DNA from: the human T2T-CHM13v2.0 reference genome, Homo sapiens
Assembly: GCF_009914755.1 (NCBI RefSeq)
Contig: NC_060933.1
Direction: 5' to 3' (one strand)
DNA length: 64,000 bases
Notes under the pieces: generated by a model
Database searches by the model: none
The model's input: the letters and a program-made list of their open reading frames with translations, nothing else
What the model was told of the DNA's origin: nothing
Shown: positions 1-14,609 of the stretch, piece after piece
How the letters are laid out: every line of letters starts with the position of its first letter
How positions within the stretch are numbered: position 1 is the first letter of the stretch
Program-made: the position numbers and the translations under genes

Positions 1-38
1 ATTCCATTCGATTCCATTCCATTCCATTCCATTCCATT

Positions 39-3000
39 GCAATCGAGTTGCTTCCATTCCATTCCATTCCGTTCCGGATGATTCCATTCCATTCCATTCC
101 ATTCCATTCCATTCCTCGGCAGTCGGGTTGATTCCATTCCATTCCATTCCATTCCGTTCCATTCCATTCCATTCCGTTCAATTCCATTCCATTCCATTCT
201 ATTCGGGTTAATTCCATTCCATTCCATTCCATTCCATTCCATTCCATTCCAATCGAGTTGATTCCATTCCATTCCATTCCATTCCATTCCACTCCATTCC
301 AGTCCTTTCCATTCCATTACACTCGGGTTGATTCCATTCTATTCCTTTCCATTCCATTCCATTCCATTGCAATCGAGTTGATTCCATTGCTTTGCATTCC
401 ATTCCATTCCATTCCATTCCGGATGATTCCATTCCATTGCATTCCATTCCATTCCATTCCCCTGCACTAGGGTTGATTCTATTCCATTCCACTCCATTCC
501 GTTCCATTCCATTCCATTCCATTGTATTCGGGTTAATTCTATTCCATTCCATTCCATTCCATTCCATTCCATTCCATTCCATTACAATCGAGTTGATTCC
601 ATTCCATTCCATTCCATTCCATTCCAGTCCTTTCCATTCCATTCCACTCGGGTTGATTCCATTCTATTAGTTTCCATTCCATTCCATTCCCTTCCATTCC
701 ACTCTGGTTGATTCCATTCCTTTCCATTCCACTCGAATACATTCCCTCCTATTCCACTCGGAACGATTCCATTCCATTCCATTCCATTCCATTCCATTCC
801 ATTCCATTCCATTCCATTCCAGTTCGTTCCATTCCATTCTATTCCGTACCATTCCATTCCATTCCATTCCATTCCATTCCATTCCATTCCGTTCCGTTCC
901 ATTCCATTCCATTCCATTCCATTCGGATTAATTCCATTCCACTCCATTCGATCGCAATCGAGTTGATTCCATTCCATTCCATTCCATTCCATTCCATTCC
1001 ATTCCTTTCTATTCCATTACTGATGATTCCTTTCCATTGCATTCCATTCCATTCCATTCCCCTGTACTCGGGTTGATTCCATTCCATTCCATTCCAATCC
1101 ATGCCATTCCACTCGTGTTGATTCCATTCTTTCCATTCCATTCAAGATGAATCCATTTCATTGCATTCCATTCCATTCCATTCCCCTGCAGTCGGGTTGA
1201 TTCCATTCCATTCCATTCCATTCCATTCCATTCCATTCCGTTCCGTTCCGTTCCTTTCCGTTCCGTTCCATTCCATTCCATTCCATTCTTCGGGTTAATT
1301 CCATTCCATTCCATTCCATTCCAATCCAGTTGATTCCATTCCATTCCATTCCATTCCATTCCACTCCATTCCAGTCCTTTCCATTCCATTCCACTCGGGT
1401 TGATTCCAATGTATTCCTTTCCATTCCATTCCATTCCATTGCAATCGAGTTGATTCCATTGCTTTGCATTCCATTCCATTCCATTTAATTCCGGATGATT
1501 CCATTCCATTGCATTCCATTCCATTCCATTCCCCTGCACTCGGGTTGATTCCATTCCATTCCACTGCATTCCGTTCCATTCCATTCCATTCCATTGTATT
1601 CGGGTTAATTCCATTCCATTCCATTCCATTCCATTCCATTCCATTCCATTCCATTACAATCGAGTTGATTCCATTCCATTGCATTCCATTCCATTCCATT
1701 CCAGTCCTTTCCATTCCATTCCACTCGGGTTGATTCCATTCTATTAGTTTCCATTCCATTCCATTCCCTTCCATTCCACTCTGGTTGATTCCATTCCTTT
1801 CCATTCCACTAGAATACATTCCCTCCTATTCCACTCGGAACGATTCCATTCCATTCCATTGCATTCCATTCCATTCCATTCCATTCCATTCCAGTTCGTT
1901 CCATTCCGTTCTATTCCGTACCATTCCATTCCATTCCATTCCTTTCCATTCCATTCCTTTCCACTCGTGTTGATTCCATTCTTTTCCATTCCATTCGGTT
2001 TGAAGGCATTCCATTCCTTTCAATTCCATTCCATTCCATTCCATTCCATTCCATTCCATTCCATTCCATTCCATTGCAATCGAGTTGAATCCATTGCCTT
2101 TCGTTCCATTCCATTCCATTCCATTCCGGAAGATTCCATTCCATTGCATTCCATTCCATTCCATTCCCCTGCACTCGCGTTGATTCCATTCCATTCCATT
2201 CTATTCCATTCCGTTCCGTTCCATTCCATTCCATTCCATTCCATTCCGTTCCATTCCATTCCATTCCATTCTATTCGGGTTAATTCCATTCCATTCCATT
2301 CGATTGCCATCGAGTTGATTCCATTCCATTCCATTCCATTCCATTCCATTCCATTCCATTCCATTCCTTTCCATTCCATTACGGATGACTCCATTCCATT
2401 GCATTCCATTCCATTCCATTCCCCTGTACTCGGGTTGATTCCATTCCATTCCATTCCACTCCATTCGGTTCCGTTGCATTCCATTCTATTGCATTCCATC
2501 TATTCGGGTTAATTCCATTCCATTCTATTCCATTCCATTCCATTCCATTCCATTGCAATGGAGTTGATTCCATTCCATTCCATTCCATTCCGGATGATTC
2601 CATTCCATTGCATTCCATTCCATTCCATTCCCCTGCACTCGTGTTGATTCCATTCCCTTCCATTCCATTCCATTCCGTTCCATTCCATTCCATTCCATTC
2701 TATTCCGGTTAATTCCATTCCATTCCATTCCATTCCATTCCATTCCGTTGCAATCGAGTTGATTCCATTCCATTCCTTTCCATTCCATTCCATTGCGTTG
2801 CATTCCACTCGGGTTGATTCCATTCCCTTCTTTCCACTCCATTACATTCCCTTCCATGATTGATTCCATTCCATTCCATTCCATTTCATTCCATTGCAAT
2901 CCATTCCAATCCATTCCATTCCATTCCATTCCACTCGAGTTGACTTCATTCCATTCCTTTCCATTCCATTCCATTCCTTTCCACTCGAGTTGATTCCATT

Positions 3001-3280
3001 CCATTCCAATCCATTGCATTCCATTCCATGCCATTCCACTCGGGTTGATTCCATTCCTTTGCATTCCATTCCATTCCATTCCATTCCATTCCATTCCGTT
3101 GTATTCCATTCCATTACATTCGGATTGATTCTATTCAACTCCCTTACTCTCCATTACATTCCATTCCATTCGGGTTGTTCCATTCCATTCCATTCCATTC
3201 CACTCCATTCCATTGCACTCGGGTTGATTCCATTCCATTCCATTCCATTCCGGATGATTCCATTCCATTGCATTCCATTC
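39..3280 (+). repeat. Copy A of a near-identical ~3.25-kb segment duplicated at ~51.6-54.9 kb (may extend left of the window)
   Basis: Shared private variants: GAGTTGCTTCC (45/51622), GCACTAGGGTTGATTCT (464/52046), CGATCGCAATCG (949/52551), CAAGATGAATCC (1143/52755), CCATCTATTC (2496/54103), CCATGATTG (2854/54461). ORFs 2525..3109 and 54132..54716 are identical at offset 51,607. Confidence 0.92.
2123..2137. promoter_or_regulatory. Perfect 3-unit heat-shock-element-like motif aTTCc-gGAAg-aTTCc (representative of ~40 copies in the window)
   Basis: Seen: ATTCCGGAAGATTCC matches nTTCnnGAAnnTTCn. Further copies at ~4420, 8268, 10969, 12408, 17869, 24969, 27717, 32641, 44063, 53730, 60972 and others. 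Established: HSF1 binds inverted nGAAn arrays and drives SatIII transcription. Occupancy at these sites is inference. Confidence 0.5.
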
Positions 3281-5179
3281 CATTACATTCCCCTGCACTC
3301 GCGTTGATTCCATTCCATTCCATTCCTTTCCATTCAATTCCATTCCATTACAATTCGTTCCATTCCATTCTATTCCGTACCATTCCATTCCATTCCATAC
3401 CATTCCATTCCATTCCATTCCATTCCATTCCATTCCATTCCGTTCCATTCCGTTCCATTCCATTCCATTCCATTCTATTCGGGTTAATCCCATTCCATTC
3501 CATTGCAATCGAGTTGAATCCATTGCATTTCATTCCATTCCATTCCATTCCATTCAGGAAGATTCCATTCCATTGCATTCCATTCCATGCCATTCCCCTG
3601 CACTCGCGTTGATTCCATTCCATTCCATTCCATTCCATTCCATTCCATTCCGTTCCTTTCCGTTCCATTCCATTCCATTCCATTCCATACCATTCCATTC
3701 CGTTCCGTTCCATTCCATTCCATTCCATTCTACTCGGGTTAATTCCACTCCATTCCATTCGATTGCAATCGTGTTGATTCCATTCCATTCCATTCCATTC
3801 CATTCCATTCCATTGCATTCCTTTCCATTCCTTTCCATTCCTTTCCATTCCATTACGGATGATTCCATTCCATTGCATTCCATTCCATTCCATTCCTCTG
3901 TACTTGGGTTGATTCCATTCCATTGCATTCCAATCCATGCCCTTCCACTCGTGTTGATTCCATTCTTATCATTCCATTCAAGTTGAATCTATTCCATTGC
4001 ATTCCATTCCATTCGATTCCATTCGATTGCACTCGGGTTGATTCCATTCCATTGCATTCCATTCCATTCCATTCCATTCCATTCCATTCAGTTCCATTCC
4101 ATTCCATTACATTCGGATTGATTCTATTCAATTCCCTTACACTCCATTACATTCCATTCCATTCGGGTAGTTTCCATTCCATTCCATTCCATTCCTCTCC
4201 ATTCCATTGCACTCGGGTTGATTCCATTCCATTGCATTCCATTCCATTCCATTCCATTCCATTCCGTTCCATTCCATTCCATTACATTCGGATTGACTCT
4301 ATTCAACTCCCTTACTCTCCATTACATGCCATTCCATTCGGGTTGTTCCATTCCATTCCATTCCATTCCACTCCATTCCATTGCACTCGGGTTTATTCCA
4401 TTCCATTCCATTCCATTCCATTCCGGAAGATTCCATTCCATTGCATTCCATTCCATTCCATTACCCTGCACTCGCGTTGATTCCATTCCATTCCATTCCA
4501 TTCCATTCCATTCCATTCCTTTCCGTTCCTTTCCATTCCATTCCATTCCTTTCCATTCCATTCCATTCCATTCCGTTCCGTTCCGTTCCTTTCCATTCCA
4601 TTCCATTCCATTCTATTCGGGTTAATTCCATTCCATTCCATTCGATTGCAATCGAGTTGATTCCATTCCATTCCATTCCATTCCATTCCATTCCATTCCA
4701 CTCCTTTCCATTCCTTTACGGATGATTCCATTCCATTGCATTCCATTCCATTCCATTCCCCTGTACTCGGGTTGATTCCATTCCATTCCATTCCAGTCCA
4801 TGCCATTCCACTCGTGTTGATTCCATTCTCTCCATTCCATTCAAGTTGAGTCCATTCCATTGCATTCCCTTCCATTCCATTCCCCTGCAGTCGGGTTGAT
4901 TCCATTCCATTCCATTCCATTCCATTCCATTCCGTTCCGTTCCATTCCATTCCATTCCTTTCTATACGGGTTAATTCCATTCCATTCCATTCCATTCCAT
5001 TCCATTCCATTCCATTCCATTCCAATCAAGTTGATTCCATTCCATTCCATTCCATTCCATTCCACTCCATTCCAGTCCTTTCCATTCCATTCCACTCGGG
5101 TTGATTCCAATGTATTCCTTTCCATTCCATTCCATTCCATTCCATTCCATTCCATTCCATTCCATTCCATTCCATTCCA

Positions 5180-7170
5180 TTTCGTTCCATTCCATTCCAT
5201 TCCGTATCATTCCATTCCATTCCATTCCATTCCATTCCATTCCATTCCATTCCATTCCATTCCATTCCATTCCATTTTACTCGGGTTGATTCCATTCCAT
5301 TGCATTCCATTCCATTCCATTCCATTCCATTCCGTTGCATTCCATTCCATTACATTCGGATTGATTCTATTCAACTCCCTTACTCTCCATTACATTCCAT
5401 TCCATTCGGGTTGTTCCATGCCATTCCATTCCATTCCACTCCATTCCATTGCACTCGGGTTGTTCCATTCCATTCCATTCCATTCCATTCCATTCCATTC
5501 CATTCCGGATGATTCCATTCCATTGCATTCCGTTCCATTACATTCCCCTGCACTCGGTTTGATTCCATTCCATTCCATTCCATTCCATTCAATTCCATTC
5601 CATTACAATTCGTTCCATTCTATTCTATTCCGTACCATTCCATTCCATTCCATGCCATTCCATTCCTTTCCATTCCATTCCATTCCGTTCCATTCCGTTC
5701 CATTCCATTCCATTCCATTCTATTCGGATTAATTCCATTCCATTCCATTCCATTCCATTCCATTCTATTCCATTCCATTGCAATCGAGTTGAATCCACTG
5801 CATTTCGTTCCATTCCATTCCATTCCATTCCATTCCGGAAGTTTCCATTCCATTGCATTCCATTCCATTCCATTCCCCTGCACTCGCGTTGATTCCATTC
5901 CATTCCATTCCATTCCGTTCCGTTCCATTCCATTCCATTCCATTCCGTTCCGTTCCATTCCATTCCATTCCATTCCATTCTATTCGGGTTAATTCCATTC
6001 CATTCCGTTCGATTGCAATCGAGTTGATTCCATTCCATTACATTCCATTCCATTCCATTCCATTCCATTCCTTTCCATTCCATTACGGATGATTCCATTC
6101 CATTGCATTCCATTCCATTCCATTCCCCTGTACTCGGGTTGATTCCATTCCATTCCATTCCAATCCATGCCATTCCACTCGTGTTGATTCCATTCTTTCC
6201 ATTCCATTCAAGTTGAATCCATTCCATTGCATTCCATTCAATTTGATTCCATTCGATTGCACTCGGGTTGATTCCATTCCATTGCATTCCATTCCATTCC
6301 ATTCCATTCCATTCCATTCCATTCCGTTCCATTCCATTCCATTACATTCGGATTGATTCTATTCAATTCCCTTACACTGCATTACATTCCATTCCATTCG
6401 GGTAGTTTCCATTCCATTCCATTCCATTCCCCTCCATTCCATTGCACTCGGGTTGATTCCATTCCATTGCATTCCATTCCATTCCATACAATTCCATTCC
6501 GTTCCATTCAATTCCATTACATTCGGATTGATTCTATTCAACTCCCTTACTCTCCATTCCATTCCATTCCATTCGGGTTGTTCCATTCCATTCCATTCCA
6601 TTCCACTCCATTCCATTGCACTCGGGTTGATTCCATTCCATTCCATTCCATTCCATTCCATTCCATTCCATTCCATTCCATTCCATTACAATCGAGTTGA
6701 TTCCTTTCCATTCCATTCCATTCCAGTCCTTTCCATTCCATTCCACTCGGGTTGATTCCATTCTATTAGTTTCCATTCCATTCCATTCCCTTCCATTCCA
6801 CTCTGGTTGATTCCATTCCTTTCCATTCCACTCGAATACATTCCCTCCTATTCCACTTGGAACGATTCCATTCCATTCCATTCCATTCCATTCCATTCCA
6901 TTCCATTCCATTCCATTTCGTTCCATTCCATTTTATTCCGTATGATTCCATTCCATTCCATTCCATTCAATTCCATTCCATTCCATTCCATTGTACTCGG
7001 GTTGATTCCATTCCATTCCATTCCATTCCATTCCATTCCAGTCCATTCCGTTCCATTCCATTACATTCGGATTGATTCTTTTCAACTCCCTTACTCTCCA
7101 TTACATTCCATTCCATTCGGATTGTTCCATTCCATTCCATTCCATTCCACTCCATTCCATTGCACTCGGG
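5180..7170 (+). repeat. ~2-kb segment duplicated at ~14.6-16.56 kb (offset ~9.38 kb)
   Basis: Shared private variants: CCGGAAGTTTCC (5835/15202), TTCAATTTGATTCC (6237/15604), CTTACACTGCATTAC (6371/15753), CCACTTGGAACG (6853/16230), TTTTATTCCGTATGA (6931/16303). ORFs 6353/15735 and 6453/15835 are offset by 9,382. Confidence 0.85.
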
Positions 7171-10100
7171 TTGATTCCATTCCATTCCATTGCATTCCAT
7201 TCCGGATGATTCCATTCCATTGCATTCTGTTCCATTACATTCCCCTGCAATCGGGTTGATTCCATTCCATTCCATTCCATTCCATTCGATTCCATTCCAT
7301 TCCCCTGCACTCGCGTTGATTCCATTCCATTCCATTCCATTCCATTCCATTCCATTCCATTCCATTCCTTTCCATTCCAGTCCTTTCCATTCCATTCCAC
7401 TCGGGTTGATTCCATTCTATTAGTTTCCATTCCATTCCATTCCCTTCCATTCCACTCTGGTTGATTCCATTCCTTTCCATTCCACTCGAATACATTCCCA
7501 CCTGTTCCACTCGGAACGATTCCATTCCATTCCATTCCATTCCATTCCATTCCATTCCATTCCATTTCGTTCCATTCCATTCTATTCCGTATCATTCCAT
7601 TCTATTCCTTTCCATTCCATTCCACTCGTGTTGATTTCATTCCTTTCCATTCCATTCGGTTTGAAGGCATTCCATTCCATTCCATTCCATTCCATTCCAG
7701 TCCATTCCAGTCCATTCCATACCATTGTACTCGGGTTGATTCCATTCCATTGCATTCCATTCCATTCCATTCGATTCCATTCCGTTGCATTCCATTCCAT
7801 TACATTCGGATTGATTCTATTCAACTCCCTTACTCTCCATTACATTCCATTCCATTCGGGTTGTTCCATTCCATTCCATTCCATTCCACTCCATTCCATT
7901 GCACTCGGATTGATTCCATTCCATTCCATTCCATTCCGGATGATTCCATTCTATTGCATTCCGTTCCATTACATTCCCCTGCACTCGGGTTGATTCCATT
8001 CCATTCCATTCCTTTCCATTCGATTCCATTCCATTCCAATTCTTTCCATTCCATTCTATTCCGTACCATTCCATTCCATTCCATACAATTCCATTCCATT
8101 CCATTCCACTCCGTTCCATTCCGTTCCGTTCCGTTCCGTTCCATTCCATTCCATTCCATTCTATTCGGTTTAATTCCATTCCATTCCATTCCATTCCATT
8201 CCATTCTATTCCATTCCATTGCAATCGAGTTGAATCCATTGCATTCCATTCCATTCCATTCCATTCCATTCCGGAAGATTCCATTCCATTGCATTCCATT
8301 CCATTCCATTCCATTCCATTCCATTCCATTCCATTCCATTGTACTCGGGTTGATTCCATTCCATTGCATTCCATTCCATTCCATTCCATTCCATTCCATT
8401 CCGTTCCATTCCATTCCATTCTATTCCATTCCATTGCAATCGAGTTGAATCCATTGCATTCCATTCCATTCCATTCCATTCTATTCCGGAAGATTCCATT
8501 CCATTGCATTCCATTCCATTCCATTCCATTCCATTCCATTCCATTCCATTCCATTCCATTGCACTCGGGTTGATTCCACTCCATTCCATTCCATTCCATT
8601 CCGGATGATTCCATTCCATTGCATTCCGTTCCATTCCATTCCCCTGCACTCGGGTTGATTCCATTCTATTCCATTCCATTCCATTCCATTCCATTCCATT
8701 CCATTCCTTTCCATTCCAGTCTTTTCCATTCCATTCCACTCGGGTTGATTCCATTCTATTAGTTTCCATTCCATTCCATTCCCTTCCATTCCACTCTGGT
8801 TGATTCCATTCCTTTCCATTCCACTCGAATACATTCCCTGCTATTCCACTCGGAACGATTCCATTCCATTCCATTCCATTCCATTCCATTCCATTTCGTT
8901 CCATTCCATTCTGTTCCGTATCATTCCATTCCATTCCATTCCATTCCATTCCATTCCATTCCACTCGTGTTGATTCCATTCCTTTCCATTCCATTCGGTT
9001 TGAAGGCATTCCATTCCATTCCATTCCATTCCTTTCCATTCCATTCCATTGTACTCGGGTTGATTCCATTCCATTGCATTCCATTCCATGCCATTCCATT
9101 CCATTCCATTCCATTCCATTCCGTTCCATTCCATTCCATTACATTCGGGTTGATTCTATTCAACTCCCTTACTCTCCATTACATTCCATTCCATTCGGGT
9201 TGTTCCATTCCATTCCATTCCATTCCACTCCATTCCATTGCACTCGGGTTGATTCCATTCCATTCCATTCCATTCCATTCCATTCCGGATGATTCCATTC
9301 CATTGCATTCCGTTCCATTCCATTCCCCTGCACTCGCGTTGATTCCATTCCATTCCATTCCATTCCATTCAATTCCATTCCATTACAATTCGTTCCATTC
9401 CATTCTATTCCGTACCATTCCATTCCATTCCATAACATTCCATTCCATTCCATTCCATTCCATTCCATTCCATTCCGTTCCATTCCGTTCCATTCCTTTC
9501 CATTCCATTCTATTCGGGTTAATTCCATTCCATTCCATTCCATTCCATTCCATTCCATTCCATTCCATTCTATTCCATTCCATCCATTCCATTCCGTTTC
9601 GTTCCATTCCATTCCATTCCATTCCGTTCCGTTCCATTCCATTCCATTCCATTCTATTCGGGTTAATTCCATTCCATTCCATTCGATTGCAATCGAGTTG
9701 ATTCCATTCCATTCCACTCCATTCCATTCCATTCCATTCCATTCCTTTCCATTCCATTACGGATGATTCCATTCCATTGCATTCCATTCCATACCATTCC
9801 CCTGTACTCGGGTTGATTCCATTCCATTCCATTCCAATCCATGCCATTCCACTCGTGTTGATTCCATTCTTTCCATTCCATTCAAGTTGAATCCATTCCA
9901 TTGCATTCCATTCCATTCCATTCCCCTGCAGTCGGGTTGTTTCCATTCCATTCCATTCCATTCCATTCCGTTCCGTTCCATTCCATTCCATTCCATTACA
10001 TTCTATTCGGGTTAATTCCATTCCATTCCATTCCATTCCATTCCATTCCATTCCATTCCATTCCAATCGAGTTGATTCCATTCCATTCCATTCCATTCCA

Positions 10101-10189
10101 TTCCATTCCACTCCATTCCAGTCCTTTCCATTCCATTCCACTCGGGTTGATTCCAATGTATTCCATCCCATTCCATTCCATTCCATTCC

Positions 10190-13100
10190 ATTACAATCGA
10201 GTTGATTCCATTCCATTCCATTCCATTCCAGTCCTTTCCATTCCATTCCTCTCGGGTTGATTCCATTCTATTAGTTTCCATTCCATTCCATTCCCTTCCA
10301 TTCCACTCTGGTTGATTCCATTCCTTTCCATTCCACTCGAATACATTCCCTCCTATTCCACTCGGAACGATTCCCTTCCATTCCATTCCATTCCATTCCA
10401 TTCCATTCCATTCCATTCCATTGTACTCGGGTTGATTCAATTCCATTGCATTCCATTCCATTCCATTCCATTCCATTCCATTCCGTTGCATTCCATTCCA
10501 TTACATTCGGATTGATTCTATTCAACTACCTTACTCTCCATTACATTCCATTCCATTCGGGTTGTTCCATTCCATTCCATTCCATTCCACTCCATTCCAT
10601 TGCACTCGGGTTGATTCCATTCCATTCCATTCCATTCCATTCCATTCCATTCCATTCCATTCCGGATGATTCCATTCCATTGCATTCCGTTCCATTACAT
10701 TCCCCTGCACTCGCGTTGATTCCATTCCATTCCATTCAATTCCATTCCATTACAATTCGTTCCATTCCATTCTATTCCGTACCATTCCATTCCATTCCAT
10801 ACCATTCCATTCCATTCCATTCCATTCCATTCCGTTCCATTCCGTTCCATTCCATTCCATTCCATTCTCTTCGAATTAATTCCATTCCATTCCATTCCAT
10901 TCCATTCTATTCCATTCCATTGCAATCGAGTTGAATCCATTGCATTTCATTCCATTCCATTCCATTCCATTCCGGAAGATTCCATTCCATTGCATTCCAT
11001 TCCATTCCATTCCCCTGCACTCGCGTTGATTCCATTCCATTCCATTCCATTCCATTCCATTCCGTTCCGTTCCATTCCATTCCATTCCATTCCATTCCGT
11101 TCCGTTCCATTCCATTCCATTCCATTCTATTCCGGTTAATTCCATTCCATTCCATTCGATTGCAGTCGAGTTGATTCCATTCCATTCCATTCCATTCCAT
11201 TCCATTCCATTCCATTCCATTCCAATCGAGTTGATTCCATTCCATTCCATTCCATTCCATTCCATTCCATTCCACTCCATTCCAGTCCTTTCCATTCCAT
11301 TCCACTCGGGTTGATTCCAATTTATTCCTTTCCATTCCAGTCCATTCCATTGCAATCGAGTTGATTCCATTGCTTTGCATTCCATTCCATTCCATTCCAT
11401 TCCGGATGATTCCTTTCCATAGCATTGCATTCCATTCCATTCCCCTGCACTCGGGTTGATTCCATTCCATTCCACTCCATTCCGTTACATTCCATTCCAT
11501 TCCATTGTATTCGGGTTAATTCCATTCCATTCCATTCCATTCCATTCCATTCCATTACAATCGAGTTGATTCCATTCCATTCCATTCCATTCCAGTCCTT
11601 TCCATTCCATTCCACTCGGGTTGATTCCATTCTATTAGTTTCCATTCCATTCCATTCCCTTCCATTCCACTCTGGTTGATACCATTCCTTTCCATTCCAC
11701 TCGAATACATTCCCTCCTATTCCACTCGGAACGATTCCATTCCATTCCATTCCATTCCATTCCATTCCATTCCATTTCGTTCCATTCCATTCTATTCCGT
11801 ATCATTCCATTCCATTCCATTCGATTCCATTCCATTCCATTCCATTCCATTCCATTCCATTGTACTCAGGTTGATTCAATTCCATTGCATTCCATTCCAT
11901 TCCATTCCATTCCATTCCATTCCGTTGCATTCCATTCCATTACATTCGGATTGATTCTATTCACCTCCCTTACTCTCCATTACATTCCATTCCATTCGGG
12001 TTGTTCCATTCCATTCCATTCCATTCCACTCCATTCCATTGCACTCGGGTTGATTCCATTCCATTCCATTCCATTCCATTCCATTCCATTCCATTCCGGA
12101 TGATTCCATTCCATTGCATTCCGTTCCATTACATTCCCCTGCACTCGCGTTGATTCCATTCCATTCCATTCAATTCCATTCCATTACAATTCGTTCCATT
12201 CCATTCTATTCCGTACCATTCCATTCCATTCCATAGCATTCCATTCCATTCCATTCCATTCCATTCCGTTCCATTCCGTTCCATTCCATTCCATTCCATT
12301 CTATTCGGATTAATTCCGTTCCATTCCATTCCATTCCATTCTATTCCATTCCATTGCAATCGAGTTGAATCCATTGCATTTCATTCCATTCCATTCCATT
12401 CCATTCCATTCCGGAAGATTCCATTCCATTGCATTCCATTCCATTCCATTCCCCTGCACTCACGTTGATTCCATTCCATTCCATTCCATTCCATTCCATT
12501 CCATTAAGTTCCGTTCCATTCCATTCCATTCCATTCCATTCCATTCCGTTCCGTTCCATTCCATTCCATTCCATTCTATTCGGGTTAATTCCATTCCATT
12601 CCATTCGATTGCAATCGAGTTGATTCCATTCCATTCTATTCCATTCCATTCCATTCCATTCCCTTCCTTTCCATTCCATTACGGATGATTCCATTCCATT
12701 GCATTCCATTCCATTCCATTCCCCTGTACTCGGGTTGATTCCATTCCATTCTATTCCAATCCATGCCATTACACTCGTGTTGATTCCATTCTTTCCATTC
12801 CATTCAGGTGAATCCATTCCATTGCATTCCATTCCATTCCATTCCCCTGCAGTCGGGTTGATTCCATTCCATTCCATTCCATTCCATTCCATTCCATTCC
12901 ATTCCATTCCGTTCCGTTCCATTCCATTCCATTCCATTCTATTCGGGTTAATTCCATTCCATTCCATTCCATTCCATTCCAATCGAGTTGATTCCATTCC
13001 ATTCCATTCCATTCCATTCCACTCCATTCCAGTCCTTTCCATTCCATTCCACTCGGGTTGATTCCAATGTATTCCTTTCCATTCCATTCCATTCCATTGC

Positions 13101-13900
13101 AATCGAGTTGATTCCATTGCTTTGCATTCCATTCCATTCCATTCCATTCCGGATGATTCCATTCCATTGCATTCCATTCCATTCCATTCCCCTGCACTCG
13201 GGTTGATTCCATTCCATTCCACTCCATTCCGTTCCATTCCATTCCATTCCATTTTATTCGGGTTAATTCCATTCCATTCCATTCCATTCCATTCCATTCC
13301 ATTACAATCGAGTTGATTCCATTCCATTCCATTCCATTCCAGTCCTTTCCATTCCATTCCACTCGGGTTGATTCCATTCTATTAGTTTCCATTCCATTCC
13401 ATTCCCTTCCATTCCACTCTGGTTGATACCATTCCTTTCCATTCCACTCGAATACATTCCCTCCTATTCCACTCGGAACGATTCCATTCCATTCCATTCC
13501 ATTCCAATCCATTCCATTTCGTTCCATTCCATTCTATTCCGTATCAATCCATTCAATTCCATTCCATTCCATTCCATTCCATTCCATTCCATTCCATTGT
13601 ACTCGGGTTGATTCAATTCCATTGCATTCCATTCCATTCCATTCCATTCCATTCCATTCCGTTGCATTCCATTCCATTACATTCGGATTGATTCTATTCA
13701 ACTCCCTTACTCTCCATTACATTCCATTCCATTCGGGTTGTTCCATTCCATTCCATTCCATTCCACTCCATTCCATTGCACTTGGGTTGATTCCATTCCA
13801 TTCCATTCCATTCCATTCCATTGCATTCCGTTCCGGATGATTCCATTCCATTGCATTCGGTTCCATTACATTCCCCTGCACTCGGGTTGATTCCATTCCA
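10190..13900 (+). repeat. Overlapping local duplications at ~1.4-kb and ~1.75-kb offsets
   Basis: GTACTC(G/A)GGTTGATTCAATT at ~10423, 11862 and 13599. GGTTGATACC at ~11674 and 13421. ORFs 10695..10940 and 12129..12374 are offset by 1,434, and 11676/13423 by 1,747. Confidence 0.7.
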
Positions 13901-14609
13901 TTGCGTTCCATTCCATTCCATTCCATTCCATTCCATTCCATTCCATTCCGTTCCATTCCATTACATTCGGATTGATTCTATTCAACTCCCTTACTCTGCA
14001 TTACATTCCATTCCATTCGCGTTGTTCCATTCCATTCCATTCCATTCCACTCCATTCCATTGCGCTCGGGTTGATTCCATTCCATTCCATTCCATTCCAT
14101 TCCATTCCGGATGATTCCATTCCATTGCATTCCGTTCCATTACATTCCCCTGCACTCGGGTTGATTCCATTCCATTCCATTCCATTCCATTCGATTCCAT
14201 TCCATTCCAATTCTTTCCATTCCATTCTATTCCGTACCATTCCATTCCATTCCATACAATTCCATTCCATTCCATTCCACTCCGTTCCGTTCCGTTCCTT
14301 TCTGTTCCGTTCCATTCCATTCCATTCCATTCTATTCGGTTTAATTCCATTCCATTCCATTCCATTCCATTCCATTCCATTCCATTCCATTCTATTCCAT
14401 TCCATTGCAATCGAGTTGAATCCATTGCATTCCATTCCATTCCATTCCATTCCATTCCATTCCATTCCGGAAGATTCAATTCCATTGCATTCCATTCCAT
14501 TCCATTCCATTCCATTCCATTCCATTCCATTCCATTGTACTCGGGTTGATTCCATTCCATTGCATTCCATTCCATTCCATTCCATTCCATTCCATTCCAT
14601 TCCATTCCA

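Noticed and set aside
4022-4037. CENP-B-box-like TTCG...CGGG (TTCGATTGCACTCGGG), recurring
   Set aside because: The CENP-B box needs TTCG-N4-A-N2-CGGG (7 nt between cores). Here there are 8 nt and the required A is misplaced.
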